Positions 27,068 through 36,410 of a DNA stretch of 64,000 bases are shown one piece after another. The notes below the pieces were generated by a model, which was not told the DNA's origin, did not search any database, and was given only the letters and a program-made list of their open reading frames with translations. A program made the translations under genes and the position numbers. Position 1 is the stretch's first letter. Each line of letters starts with the position of its first letter. Source of the stretch: Elusimicrobiaceae bacterium (GTDB taxonomy: Bacteria; Elusimicrobiota; Elusimicrobia; Elusimicrobiales; Elusimicrobiaceae); the NCBI GenBank assembly GCA_017468055.1, contig JAFUJU010000047.1:21030-85029 (forward strand). Reading direction: 5' to 3'.

Positions 27068-28531
27068 ATGAGGACAAATCCGCACATTTTAGAGATAAAT
27101 ACACGCGCTTGGTTAGCCCGTTTGCAGACCAAGCACGGGCGGGCTTTTGTCTTGCACGAAATCCCCGATGAATATTGGCAATTTTTCAAAGCAAGCGGCT
27201 TTGATGCTATTTGGTTAATGGGCATATGGAAAAAAAGCCCCAAAGCTGGAGAAATTGCCCGCCAACATACAGATATACAAGCCCAAATCCGCCAAGTAAA
27301 TCCGGATTTTAAAGAAGAAGACATTGTGGCTTCTCCGTATGCTGTGTATGCCTATGAAACAGCAGAAGATTTGGGCGGAGACGAAAGTTTAAAGATTTTG
27401 CGCCAAAAATTAAATGCCATGGGCATTGCTTTATTTTTAGATTTTGTTTCCAACCATACGGCCATAGATTGTCCTTTTGTAGAGTCTGATCCGGATTTGT
27501 ATATCAGTACTGGCGAAAAAGTGCCCCACGTGCATAAAGATTGGTTTTTCCAAAATACAAAAGGCCAATGGGTGGCCCACGGCAGAGATCCTTATTTTGC
27601 TCCGTGGACGGATACTGCGCAACTGAATTATTTCAATCCCAAAACCCGTGATTTTATGATCCGAAACTTGTTAAAAGTGGCGGATATGTGCGATGGTGTA
27701 CGCTGTGATATGGCGATGCTTTCTTTAAACAAGGTACATCGCGACACTTGGTGGGAGTTCATTGGTGGAGAGTTGCCCCGCACGGAATTTTGGTCTGAAG
27801 CGTTGCAGGCGGTACGCGCCAAATATCCGGACTTTACATTTATTGCAGAAGTGTATTGGGGGCTGGAGTGGGAAATCCAAGAAATGGGCTTTGATTATAC
27901 CTACGATAAAGTATTGTATGACCGCTTGCGTTTTTCCAATTCCGAAAATATCCGCGGCCATTTAGGCGCAGAGCATTTGTTCCAAATGCGCTCCATTCGT
28001 TTTACTTCTAATCACGATGAGGAAGAGTCTTTAAAGGCGTTTGGACGGGAGAAATCTTTGGCTGCCAGCACTATTATTGCCACGCTCCCCGGCGCGCGTA
28101 TGATTTATTTATTTCAAATGTTGGGCCGTCCGGCGCGTGTGCCCATTCAATACATACGGGAAACTTTTGAAGAAGATGGGCAAATCCGTGCCTATTATGA
28201 AAAACTGTTACAAATAGCCTCCAAACCTGCTTTTCACGGAGGACAATGGTCTTTGACGCCGGTTGGCCCCGTGGCGGAAGAGGATGACAGCCACCGCAAT
28301 GTTTTGTGTTGGACTTGGCGCCAAATGAATGAAGCTTCCACCGTGTTGATTAATTACAGTGATAAACCGGTCCGATGCCACGTAAAACTTAAAGCCGCCT
28401 CCGGAGAAGGGAAATATTTGTTAGAAGATTTTTCCGGTGTGGAAGTGTTGTTTTCCGAACAAATGCAACAACAAGGCTTTGGCGTAGAGTTAAAACCGTT
28501 TGAAAGTAAGGTTTTCTCTTACGATATCTGA
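27068..28531 (+). CDS. GH13 alpha-amylase family protein
   Basis: LDFVSNH, DGVRCDMA, AEVYW, NHDE conserved regions I-IV. Confidence 0.88.
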   Translation: MRTNPHILEINTRAWLARLQTKHGRAFVLHEIPDEYWQFFKASGFDAIWLMGIWKKSPKAGEIARQHTDIQAQIRQVNPDFKEEDIVASPYAVYAYETAEDLGGDESLKILRQKLNAMGIALFLDFVSNHTAIDCPFVESDPDLYISTGEKVPHVHKDWFFQNTKGQWVAHGRDPYFAPWTDTAQLNYFNPKTRDFMIRNLLKVADMCDGVRCDMAMLSLNKVHRDTWWEFIGGELPRTEFWSEALQAVRAKYPDFTFIAEVYWGLEWEIQEMGFDYTYDKVLYDRLRFSNSENIRGHLGAEHLFQMRSIRFTSNHDEEESLKAFGREKSLAASTIIATLPGARMIYLFQMLGRPARVPIQYIRETFEEDGQIRAYYEKLLQIASKPAFHGGQWSLTPVGPVAEEDDSHRNVLCWTWRQMNEASTVLINYSDKPVRCHVKLKAASGEGKYLLEDFSGVEVLFSEQMQQQGFGVELKPFESKVFSYDI

Positions 28532-28560
28532 TTTGTTATATCCCCCATTAAGGAAAAAAT

Positions 28561-29370
28561 ATGAGAAACGCAACCATTAAACAAATAGACTTCAAGAAGT
28601 ATGTAATCCCCGCAATTGTGGTGGTAGCCTTTATTGTGGCTATGGGTTCTTATTTTACGGTGCCCGCGGGCAGCGTAGCGGTCAAGCTGCGCTTTGGTAA
28701 ATTGGTCGGCTCTTACACAGAGGGCCTTCACTTAAAACTGCCGTTGATTGACAAGGTGGAAAAATTCTCCGTGCGTATTAAAAAAGATTCTTTTGATACG
28801 GAGGCCTTCTCCAAAGATTTGCAAACCGTTGGTTTACGCTTGGCCATTAACCACCGCATTATGCCCGATACCATTATTTCCATTTATCGCAACTTAGGGC
28901 CGGACTATACTAACACTATTTTGCGCCCGATGGTGGAAGAATGGACCAAGGCTGTTATCGCCAAATATTCTGCCGACAGCTTGATTTCTGCTCGTGTGCA
29001 AGTGGCCAAAGAATTGGACCAAATCTTGAAAGAAAAAATGAAAGAAAAACAGGTTATTGTGTCTGATATTGCCATCACCAATTTTGAGTTTTCTCCGCAA
29101 TTTTTAAAGGCTGTGGAAGAAAAACAAATTGCCGAACAAGAGGCCAAGCGCGCTACCAACTTGGTAGAAAAAGTAAAGAAAGAGGCCGAACAGAAAATCT
29201 TGCAAGCCGAAGCGGAAGCCAAATCCTTACGCTTGCAAAGAGAAGTGGTATCGGACAATTTGATTAAACTTCGCCAAGTGGAAGCACAACTCAAAGCCAT
29301 TGAGAAGTGGGACGGTAAGATGCCGCATTATATGGGTAGTGGGGATATGCCGTTTGTGATGGTGAAGTAA
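28561..29370 (+). CDS. SPFH/prohibitin (band 7) family protein
   Basis: N-terminal TM, EGLHLKLP, SKDLQ, AVEEKQIAEQEA, EKWDGKMP. Confidence 0.9.
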   Translation: MRNATIKQIDFKKYVIPAIVVVAFIVAMGSYFTVPAGSVAVKLRFGKLVGSYTEGLHLKLPLIDKVEKFSVRIKKDSFDTEAFSKDLQTVGLRLAINHRIMPDTIISIYRNLGPDYTNTILRPMVEEWTKAVIAKYSADSLISARVQVAKELDQILKEKMKEKQVIVSDIAITNFEFSPQFLKAVEEKQIAEQEAKRATNLVEKVKKEAEQKILQAEAEAKSLRLQREVVSDNLIKLRQVEAQLKAIEKWDGKMPHYMGSGDMPFVMVK

Positions 29371-29562
29371 CGGCTTGTTAAAGACTTCTTCGGTTGCTTG
29401 TCTATTATTGGGCAAACAATTTTCCATATTTAAGTTTATTGGCTCCGCCTTGTCTGCGCCGTACTAACAGTACTTGCCTTGACAACTAGCGGAGCCAATA
29501 AATCATAAATCTGAAAAATTATGCAATGAGCATTTATTTTTCAGGTATTACGAAAGACTTCT
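29371..29562. repeat. Intergenic long-hairpin repeat element, copy A
   Basis: Similar to 50029-50205. Stem TTTATTGGCTCCGC...GCGGAGCCAATAAA, bounded by the direct repeat AAAGACTTCT (29380-29389, 29553-29562). Confidence 0.7.
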
Positions 29563-29719
29563 AGAGTTATTTGGATTTACATACATAGGGCAAAACATAA
29601 AGTTTTACCCTATTTTTTGTGTTCTGAATATTTTCTCTTTCGTTCTTCTGTAGTATTTTTGTGCGAGATGAATACCTTGTCTTTTTGTGTCATTTTCTAT
29701 TGGAAAAGTGCGCCATCTC

Positions 29720-29746
29720 TTGACTTGTTTTTTTTTTTGCTACAAT
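29720..29746 (+). promoter_or_regulatory. Poly-T spacer promoter, copy 2 (T11, 15-bp spacer)
   Basis: TTGACT-TG-T11-GC-TACAAT upstream of a lipoprotein gene. Confidence 0.85.
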
Positions 29747-29785
29747 TTTTCAGAAAGAAAAATGTAGCAAAAAAGGAGAATAAAA

Positions 29786-30160
29786 ATGAAAAAAATAATA
29801 GCAATGGCTTTAATTTTTAGTTATTTAACAGGATGCTCTGCTTTTGTGGGCTCCCGTCAAAGTGTCTCTGTAATGACGGCTACTCCTACAGCGGAAATCT
29901 ATGCAAACGGAGAATTAGTCGGTCGTGGCAATCATGCAGAATTCCGTGCCAAAAGAAATAAAGATGTTCAAATTATGGTAAAGGCAAAAGGATATTATCC
30001 GGGATATAGTTCTATTGGCAACGAACTTAGTACTACAGGAATCCTTGATATTGTAGGTACTATTTTGTTTATATTTCCTGTTATTGGTCTATTTTTCCCG
30101 GGAGCAAAAACACTTGATAGACAAAATGTGGCAATAGATCTTGTACCTGTAGAACAATAA
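29786..30160 (+). CDS. Small lipoprotein, PEGA-like domain plus C-terminal hydrophobic segment
   Basis: MKK-hydrophobic-LTGC lipobox, P.AEIYANGELVG...AKGY pattern, AGGAGA RBS. Confidence 0.75.
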   Translation: MKKIIAMALIFSYLTGCSAFVGSRQSVSVMTATPTAEIYANGELVGRGNHAEFRAKRNKDVQIMVKAKGYYPGYSSIGNELSTTGILDIVGTILFIFPVIGLFFPGAKTLDRQNVAIDLVPVEQ

Positions 30161-30190
30161 AAAACCCCCGCTCGAAAGGGCGGGGTTTTT
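30161..30190. terminator. Bidirectional intrinsic terminator
   Basis: AAAACCCCCGCTC-gaaa-GGGCGGGGTTTTT. Confidence 0.8.
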
Positions 30191-30206
30191 ACTTTTAGAT
30201 TTTTAT

Positions 30207-31454
30207 TTATCCTAAAGACGGATAAAGAGGAAAGGACTTTAAAAAGGTTTCCACTTCTTGAGCAATGTTTGCCAAATAAGCATCATCGTCGTGATGTGTA
30301 ATAGCGCGGTCTATAAAATCAGCCACTTTGGCCATGTCTGCTTCTTTCATACCACGCGTGGTGACGGCAGGCGTGCCGATGCGCAAACCACTGGTGACAA
30401 ACGGTTTTTCGGGGTCAAAGGGAATGGTGTTTTTATTAGCGGTAATGCCTGCCTTATCCAAAGCCGCTTCAGCCACTTTGCCCGTGATGCCTTTTGCGCG
30501 CAAGTCCAAACACATTACATGGCTGTCCGTGCCGCCGGCTACCAAGCGGTAGCCCTTTTCTTGCAAAGTCTTGGCCAAGGCTTTGGCGTTAAGCATTACT
30601 TGATGTTGATAGGCTTTAAACTGCGGGGTTAAGGCTTCCCCAAAGCAGACGGCTTTGGCGGCGATGACATGCATCAAAGGTCCGCCCTGTACCCCCGGAA
30701 ATACGGAGGAATTAATGGCTTTGGCCAAACTTTCTTTGCACAAAATCAGCCCGCCGCGCGGTCCGCGCAAGGTTTTATGCGTGGTGGTGGTTACTACATC
30801 GGCATACGGGACAGGATTGGGGTATTCTCCGGCGGCAATAAGCCCTGCATAGTGGGCCACATCGCACGCTAGATAAGCACCGCAAGAGTCGGCAATTTCG
30901 CGTAGTTTCTTCCAATCAAAAACGCGGGAATAATTGGACGCGCCCGCAAAAATAAGTTTGGGTTTGTGTTCTTGAGCCAAGCGGGCGGCTTCTTCGTAAT
31001 CTATTTCTTCGGTATCTTGGCGCACATTCATGGCTACGATGTTGTATAGTTTGCCCGAAAAGTTCATCGGGTGTCCGTGGGTTAAATGTCCGCCGTGGGA
31101 CAAGTTAAGCCCCAGTACGGTATCTCCCGGCTGTAAAAGCGCAAAATAAACCGCCATATTGGCCTGCGCACCCGAGTGAGGCTGTACATTGGCATGTTCT
31201 GCGCCGAAAATCTTTTTGGCGCGTTCAATGGCCAAATTTTCCACTACGTCCACATATTCGCATCCGCCATAGTAACGTTTGGAGGGGTAGCCTTCGGCAT
31301 ACTTGTTGGTGAGCACAGAGCCCTGGGCTTGCATAACGGCTAAAGAAGTAAAATTTTCAGAAGCAATCAATTCTAATTTATTGCGTTGGCGTTTTAATTC
31401 CGCCGATACTGCGGCGAAAACTTCGGAGTCTTGTTTTTGTAGTTCAGGGTACAT
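30207..31454 (-). CDS. glyA: Serine hydroxymethyltransferase
   Basis: [28 protein letters not shown]. Confidence 0.98.
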   Translation of the reverse strand: MYPELQKQDSEVFAAVSAELKRQRNKLELIASENFTSLAVMQAQGSVLTNKYAEGYPSKRYYGGCEYVDVVENLAIERAKKIFGAEHANVQPHSGAQANMAVYFALLQPGDTVLGLNLSHGGHLTHGHPMNFSGKLYNIVAMNVRQDTEEIDYEEAARLAQEHKPKLIFAGASNYSRVFDWKKLREIADSCGAYLACDVAHYAGLIAAGEYPNPVPYADVVTTTTHKTLRGPRGGLILCKESLAKAINSSVFPGVQGGPLMHVIAAKAVCFGEALTPQFKAYQHQVMLNAKALAKTLQEKGYRLVAGGTDSHVMCLDLRAKGITGKVAEAALDKAGITANKNTIPFDPEKPFVTSGLRIGTPAVTTRGMKEADMAKVADFIDRAITHHDDDAYLANIAQEVETFLKSFPLYPSLG

Positions 31455-31629
31455 AAAATCTCCTTTTTGAAACGGTTTGAAATCCGCGATGAAATTTAGT
31501 GGCGGGATTTCTTATATTTTACTATGAAAAATGCTTTATTTTTCATATAATTTATATTACGAGAAATCGGAAAGAAAAGACGCGTCTTTTGTGGCGCAAT
31601 AAATCCCCCATACGAGGTGTAAGAAAAAA

Positions 31630-32712
31630 ATGGCAAAACTCACGCAAAAAGACTTCCTCAAAGGTACTATCAAACACATTGATATGAAGAAATACAATGT
31701 AGTTCCCATGGTAGATGCTTTTGAATATATGGCGTATTCTTCCCGCGACTTGGCTCGCGCCAGCAAAATCTATCATCAGATGCTTTCTGATAAGAACTGC
31801 TCCGTTATCTTGTGTATCGCCGGTTCTTTAATTTCTGCTGGTTTGAAGAAAATTATTGTGGACATGATCCAAAACAAAATGGTGGACGCTATTGTTTCCA
31901 ACGGCGCCAACATCGTAGACCAAGACTTTTTTGAAGCCTTGGGTTATAAACACTACTTGGGTACCCCGCACAACGCTGATGACAACCTTTTGCGCGACTT
32001 ACACATTGACCGCATCTATGATACCTACATCAACGAAGATGAATTGAAAGTCTGCGATGAAACCGTACATCAAATCTGTGAAAATTTAGAACCCCGCCCC
32101 TACTCTTCCCGCGAATTTATCTGGGAAATGGGTAAATGGTTGGAAAAAAATAAAAAAGGCAAAGACAGCGTGGTCTATAATGCCTACAAATACGGCGTGC
32201 CCGTGTTTGTGCCGGCTTTCTCCGACTGTTCTGCCGGTTTCGGTTTTGTAGCTCACCAAACCGAACACCCCACCGCTCATGTGTCTATTGACAGCGCCAA
32301 AGATTTCTTGGAACTCACCAAAATCAAAATGAAAGCCAAAGAAACCGGTTTGATGATGTTCTCCGGCGGCGTACCGAAGAACTTCGCTCAAGATACGGTA
32401 GTGGCGGCTGAAATTTTGGGTGCGGATTGCCCGATGCACAAATATGCCGTACAAATCACGGTAGCCGACGAGCGCGACGGTGCCTTGTCCGGCTCTACCC
32501 TCAAAGAAGCTTCCTCTTGGGGTAAAGTTTCCACCGCTTTGGAACAAATGGTCTATGGCGAATGCACGACCTTGATTCCGTTGATTATCGGTTACGGTTA
32601 TCACAAAGGCGCTTGGAAAAAACGCAAAGCTACCAACTATGTCAAATTCTTGCAAGATGAAGACAAAAAAGTAGCCGCGTTGAAAGCGAAAGAAGCCAAA
32701 GCCAAAAAATAA
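31630..32712 (+). CDS. Deoxyhypusine-synthase-like protein (likely polyamine/homospermidine synthesis)
   Basis: GANIVDQDFFEALG, IDRIYD, GGVPKNF, GALSGSTLKEASSWGK (catalytic Lys). Confidence 0.9.
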   Translation: MAKLTQKDFLKGTIKHIDMKKYNVVPMVDAFEYMAYSSRDLARASKIYHQMLSDKNCSVILCIAGSLISAGLKKIIVDMIQNKMVDAIVSNGANIVDQDFFEALGYKHYLGTPHNADDNLLRDLHIDRIYDTYINEDELKVCDETVHQICENLEPRPYSSREFIWEMGKWLEKNKKGKDSVVYNAYKYGVPVFVPAFSDCSAGFGFVAHQTEHPTAHVSIDSAKDFLELTKIKMKAKETGLMMFSGGVPKNFAQDTVVAAEILGADCPMHKYAVQITVADERDGALSGSTLKEASSWGKVSTALEQMVYGECTTLIPLIIGYGYHKGAWKKRKATNYVKFLQDEDKKVAALKAKEAKAKK

Positions 32713-33563
32713 TGTTTCGCTTCAAAGTTGTACTTTTGTTTGTTTTAATGGTCTGCCCGTGTGCTTTATGCTACGGGCAGCTCCATTTTGCAACGGTAAA
32801 CGGCGAAAAAGGCTATGCCGCCATGCGGGGTAATTTTAAGCTAGACTTAGATAACGGGTTTCTACTGATTCCTACAGTAGGATATTACCGCATGAGCGAT
32901 AAAGAAGAGGATGAGTCCGGCGCTACTACTAAGTTTGCCTTAAACGTACAATATGAGCTAACGGACCAGTTTATTGTATCGGCAGGGGCGGAATATATTC
33001 CGGAACGGTTGGGTTTTCAAGAAGTGGCCTATGGGTTAGGAGCCAAATATACACTTTGTTATCGATGTGGTATCTTTAAGCACCCCTATATCAAGGCAAA
33101 TATAGGCCAAGCGCGTTACCGGATAGATGCCTATGCCGACGGGCGTGACTTGGACTCTGTTTTTAAAACGGTTGCGACGGCGGCTATTGCGGAAACAGGA
33201 GCTGAAATCGGGAAATTTTTTCTGCAAGCACGCTATGATAAAGTGATAGAATATAGTAGTAAGCCCGGAGTAGAGGTAGCCTCTAACTGGACAGAGATCC
33301 CTTTTATGACGGCTGTAGTGCAAGGATTTGTGCGGGATATTGCCGCTGCGCGCATTGCTTACCGTGCCCGTTGGATTACGCCGTATGCCGTTTATTCGCG
33401 CTATAAATATTTGCTGGGCAGCGACTATACCGTATCTGTGGCCGGAGGGTTGGCTTTAACGGTAGGGGAAACCACATTAACGGGTGGTGTTGAAATCTTT
33501 GAGCAAAATCACAAAGAAAGCAGAAAGACCTATTTTTCTTTGTCTGCCAGTACCAAATTTTAA
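32712..33563 (+). CDS. Putative outer-membrane beta-barrel protein
   Basis: Signal peptide, alternating aromatic/hydrophobic strands, C-terminal Phe (SASTKF). Confidence 0.6.
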   Translation: MFRFKVVLLFVLMVCPCALCYGQLHFATVNGEKGYAAMRGNFKLDLDNGFLLIPTVGYYRMSDKEEDESGATTKFALNVQYELTDQFIVSAGAEYIPERLGFQEVAYGLGAKYTLCYRCGIFKHPYIKANIGQARYRIDAYADGRDLDSVFKTVATAAIAETGAEIGKFFLQARYDKVIEYSSKPGVEVASNWTEIPFMTAVVQGFVRDIAAARIAYRARWITPYAVYSRYKYLLGSDYTVSVAGGLALTVGETTLTGGVEIFEQNHKESRKTYFSLSASTKF

Positions 33564-33575
33564 GGAAGATGTGCC

Positions 33576-34028
33576 ATGTCAAAAGTAACACCGGAAATAA
33601 AATTACACTGCAATATTGATGAAAAAGTTTTTTCCAAAGCGATGTTTTTAACCCGCTTTTTTGCCGGAGCCGCAATGGTATATTTAGCCTTGGGCAGCTT
33701 GTTGTATTGGCGTGAATTTTTAGTCAATGCCAATGCGCTGGGTTTTCCGTTTGTGGTAGTATTGGCTTTTTCTTTAGCGGCGGCAGAATTATTTTTAGGG
33801 CTTTTGTTACTTTTGGGCTGGCATACGCGCCTAAATGCGTTTCTTTCTTTGATTCTCGGTCTAGTGTGTAGCGTTGTATTTTTTGCCGGAGGAATCAATA
33901 AAGTGTTTGTGGCGATGTGTTTCTTACAAGTGGCGGCTTTAAGCCCTTTATGTTTGTTAGGGCCGGGAGCCATTAGTTTGGATTTTAAAAGAAGCCAAAA
34001 AAAAGCCCGTCGTTTTTTTAGAGGATAA
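33576..34028 (+). CDS. DoxX family membrane protein
   Basis: Four TM segments, AELFLGLLLLLGWHTR and GPGAISLD. Confidence 0.8.
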   Translation: MSKVTPEIKLHCNIDEKVFSKAMFLTRFFAGAAMVYLALGSLLYWREFLVNANALGFPFVVVLAFSLAAAELFLGLLLLLGWHTRLNAFLSLILGLVCSVVFFAGGINKVFVAMCFLQVAALSPLCLLGPGAISLDFKRSQKKARRFFRG

Positions 34029-34030
34029 AT

Positions 34031-35815
34031 ATGAGTGAAAATACGTCTTATATCAGTTTAGCCAATAAATACAGACCCCAAAAATTTGAAGATATGGTGG
34101 GGCAGGAAAGCATTTCAAAAACATTGAAAAATGCATTAAAATTGGGGCGTATTGCCCACGCGTATTTGTTTTACGGTCCTCGCGGCTGCGGTAAAACAAC
34201 GACCGCACGTATTTTGGCAAAAGCATTAAACTGTACGGGAAACGGTAATGGAAAACCGACCGATGAGCCGTGTGGAGAATGTCCTCAATGCCGTGAAATT
34301 GCCCAAAGTGCCGATATGGACGTATTGGAGCTGGACGCCGCCTCCAATACACAAGTGGAAAAGGTAAGAGAAGCTATTATTGACACGGTGGCATTGGCGG
34401 CTTCGCGCGATCGTTTTAAAGTATTTATTTTAGACGAAGTACACATGCTTTCTGCCAGTTCTTTTAATGCACTTCTTAAGACCATAGAAGAGCCGCCCGC
34501 CCATGTGGTGTTTATTTTGGCTACCACGGAAAAACACAAAGTGCCCGCCACCATTACCAGCCGTTGCCAAACTTTTCGCTTTCGTCCGATTACGGTGGAC
34601 GAAATTACCAATCATTTATTGGATTTAGCCGAAGCGGAAGGCTTGGATTTGACGGAAAAAGCGGCACGGATTATTGCTAAAAATGCCGGCGGTGCCTTGC
34701 GCGATGCTTTGACTCTTTTGGATAGAGCCATTGCTTATTCCGACGGAAAAATAGATGATAAATTGGTGGGGGAAATGTTGGGGCTTACTCCGCAAGATTT
34801 GCTTAACCAAACAGTAACCGCTTTGATAAAAAAAGACAATGCTTCCCTGCATGGGGCTTTTGAAACTTTGCGCGCGGAAGGATTTGATGCGAATTCTTTT
34901 TTGAAAGATCTAAAAAATGCCTTAGGAGAACTTTTTTACTTTTCTTTAGGCCAAGGCAGTGCCCCTTTTGAAGGAGCTGAACAAATTACGGCGGCTGCTT
35001 CGGCGGGTTTGTTGGCGGCGTTGTCACGCAAAATAAATAAATTGACGGAAGAAGTAAAATTTTCGGATAACGCATTAATCAGTGCGGAAGTGGGCTTGTT
35101 CACAATTATGGACAGTTGCTTTGATATAGAGGGCTTTATCCGTCGTTTAGAGGCGCTGGAACGCGGCGGTGGAAACGGCGGCGGTGAACCACCAGCTTCC
35201 CATACGCTCCAAACAGAAAAGAAAACGACTTTTTCCGCTGCGGTGCAAAAGAGCTTTACTGCTAAGCAAGAAACAAAAACCTCTTTTTCGGCACCTCAAG
35301 AAACTGTTTTTCAGGAGAAACCTTCCTTGGAAAAAGAAGAAAAGCCCACAAGCAAAATCACAGACAACAATGCCCTGTGGAAAACCATGCTTAAAGAGTT
35401 TGAAAGAAGTCCTTTTGTGTATGATGTGATGACAAATTGTTCCGTACAGTTTGGGCAAGACGTGTGGACCATTTCCTTCGGAACGGGAAAAGAATTTTAC
35501 AAAGTTCCGGCACAGACGAAACTGGCTGAATTGGAAAAAAAGGCTTTTGCTTTAAGCGGACGTAAAATACGTTTTGAAATTGCAGATAAATCTGTTGCCT
35601 CTGCGAAAAACACCGCTCTTTCTGTAAAACAAGAAGAGAAAAAAACAATTTCTCCGGAGAAAAGAAATCCGTCCTTTAAAACTTCTATTACGCAAGAAGA
35701 ACCCTTTGTAAAGGCGGATTTTTCTGCCGATATAGCCTCTGAAAATACGCTGACGGAAGTGCCGGAAGAATTGAAAGGAATTTTAGACGTCATTGGAGGA
35801 GAGGTATTAGCCTAG
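34031..35815 (+). CDS. dnaX: DNA polymerase III gamma/tau
   Basis: KYRPQKF, GPRGCGKTT, Zn cysteines, DEVHML, SRC motif. Confidence 0.96.
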   Translation: MSENTSYISLANKYRPQKFEDMVGQESISKTLKNALKLGRIAHAYLFYGPRGCGKTTTARILAKALNCTGNGNGKPTDEPCGECPQCREIAQSADMDVLELDAASNTQVEKVREAIIDTVALAASRDRFKVFILDEVHMLSASSFNALLKTIEEPPAHVVFILATTEKHKVPATITSRCQTFRFRPITVDEITNHLLDLAEAEGLDLTEKAARIIAKNAGGALRDALTLLDRAIAYSDGKIDDKLVGEMLGLTPQDLLNQTVTALIKKDNASLHGAFETLRAEGFDANSFLKDLKNALGELFYFSLGQGSAPFEGAEQITAAASAGLLAALSRKINKLTEEVKFSDNALISAEVGLFTIMDSCFDIEGFIRRLEALERGGGNGGGEPPASHTLQTEKKTTFSAAVQKSFTAKQETKTSFSAPQETVFQEKPSLEKEEKPTSKITDNNALWKTMLKEFERSPFVYDVMTNCSVQFGQDVWTISFGTGKEFYKVPAQTKLAELEKKAFALSGRKIRFEIADKSVASAKNTALSVKQEEKKTISPEKRNPSFKTSITQEEPFVKADFSADIASENTLTEVPEELKGILDVIGGEVLA

Positions 35816-35816
35816 T

Positions 35817-36410
35817 ATGCAAAGTTTAGACCGCTTAATTCGTGCTTTACGGCGTATGCCCGGGGTCGGCCCGCGGCAGGCGGAGCGGTTTGCGGCTTAC
35901 TTTTTGCGGGCGCCTCAAGGCGAAGTGGAAGAATTTGTGGCCTCTGTTATCGGTATGAAGCAAGATGTGAAGCTCTGTTCTGTTTGTTATGCTTATAGCG
36001 AAAAGGAACTTTGTGACGTATGCGCCGATCCGGACAGAGACCCTAGCTCTATTTGTGTAGTGGAAGACCCTCAAGACATTGAAGCAATTGAAAAAACAGG
36101 TGCTTTTAAGGGGTTGTACCATGTGTTGCATGGGGCTATCTCTCCTATGGAAGGACGTGGAGCCGAACACGTTAAAATAAAAGAGCTTTTGCACCGTCTG
36201 CAAAACAGCAAAGTGCCGGTACAGGAAGTTATTATTGCCACTGATCCGGATACGGAGGGAGAGACGACGGCTATGTATTTGGCGGATTTGTTGCGTGATA
36301 TGGTGCCACACGTCAGCCGTATCGGTTACGGGGTCCCTTTAGGCGGAGATTTGGACTATTTAGACGAGATGACCCTGCTTTATTCTTTAAAGGGCCGTAC
36401 GAAAATTTAA
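35817..36410 (+). CDS. recR: Recombination mediator RecR
   Basis: PGVGPRQA HhH, C4 zinc finger, TOPRIM (ICVVE, EGETTA). Confidence 0.96.
   Translation: MQSLDRLIRALRRMPGVGPRQAERFAAYFLRAPQGEVEEFVASVIGMKQDVKLCSVCYAYSEKELCDVCADPDRDPSSICVVEDPQDIEAIEKTGAFKGLYHVLHGAISPMEGRGAEHVKIKELLHRLQNSKVPVQEVIIATDPDTEGETTAMYLADLLRDMVPHVSRIGYGVPLGGDLDYLDEMTLLYSLKGRTKI

Noticed and set aside
29371-29720. CRISPR array or known riboswitch in the repeat-rich intergenic regions
   Set aside because: There are no regularly spaced identical repeats and no cas genes. I recognised no riboswitch consensus here or upstream of glyA.
29617-29820. Short ORFs over the poly-T promoters (also 50164-50370 and 54669-54887), two sharing an LDLFFF peptide
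   Set aside because: The shared peptide is just the translated promoter motif. They have no convincing RBS and low-complexity composition.
35535-35545. A-AAA-AAG slippery heptamer in dnaX (possible gamma/tau -1 frameshift)
   Set aside because: There is no evident upstream SD-like sequence or strong downstream hairpin, and A-runs are frequent in this AT-rich genome.
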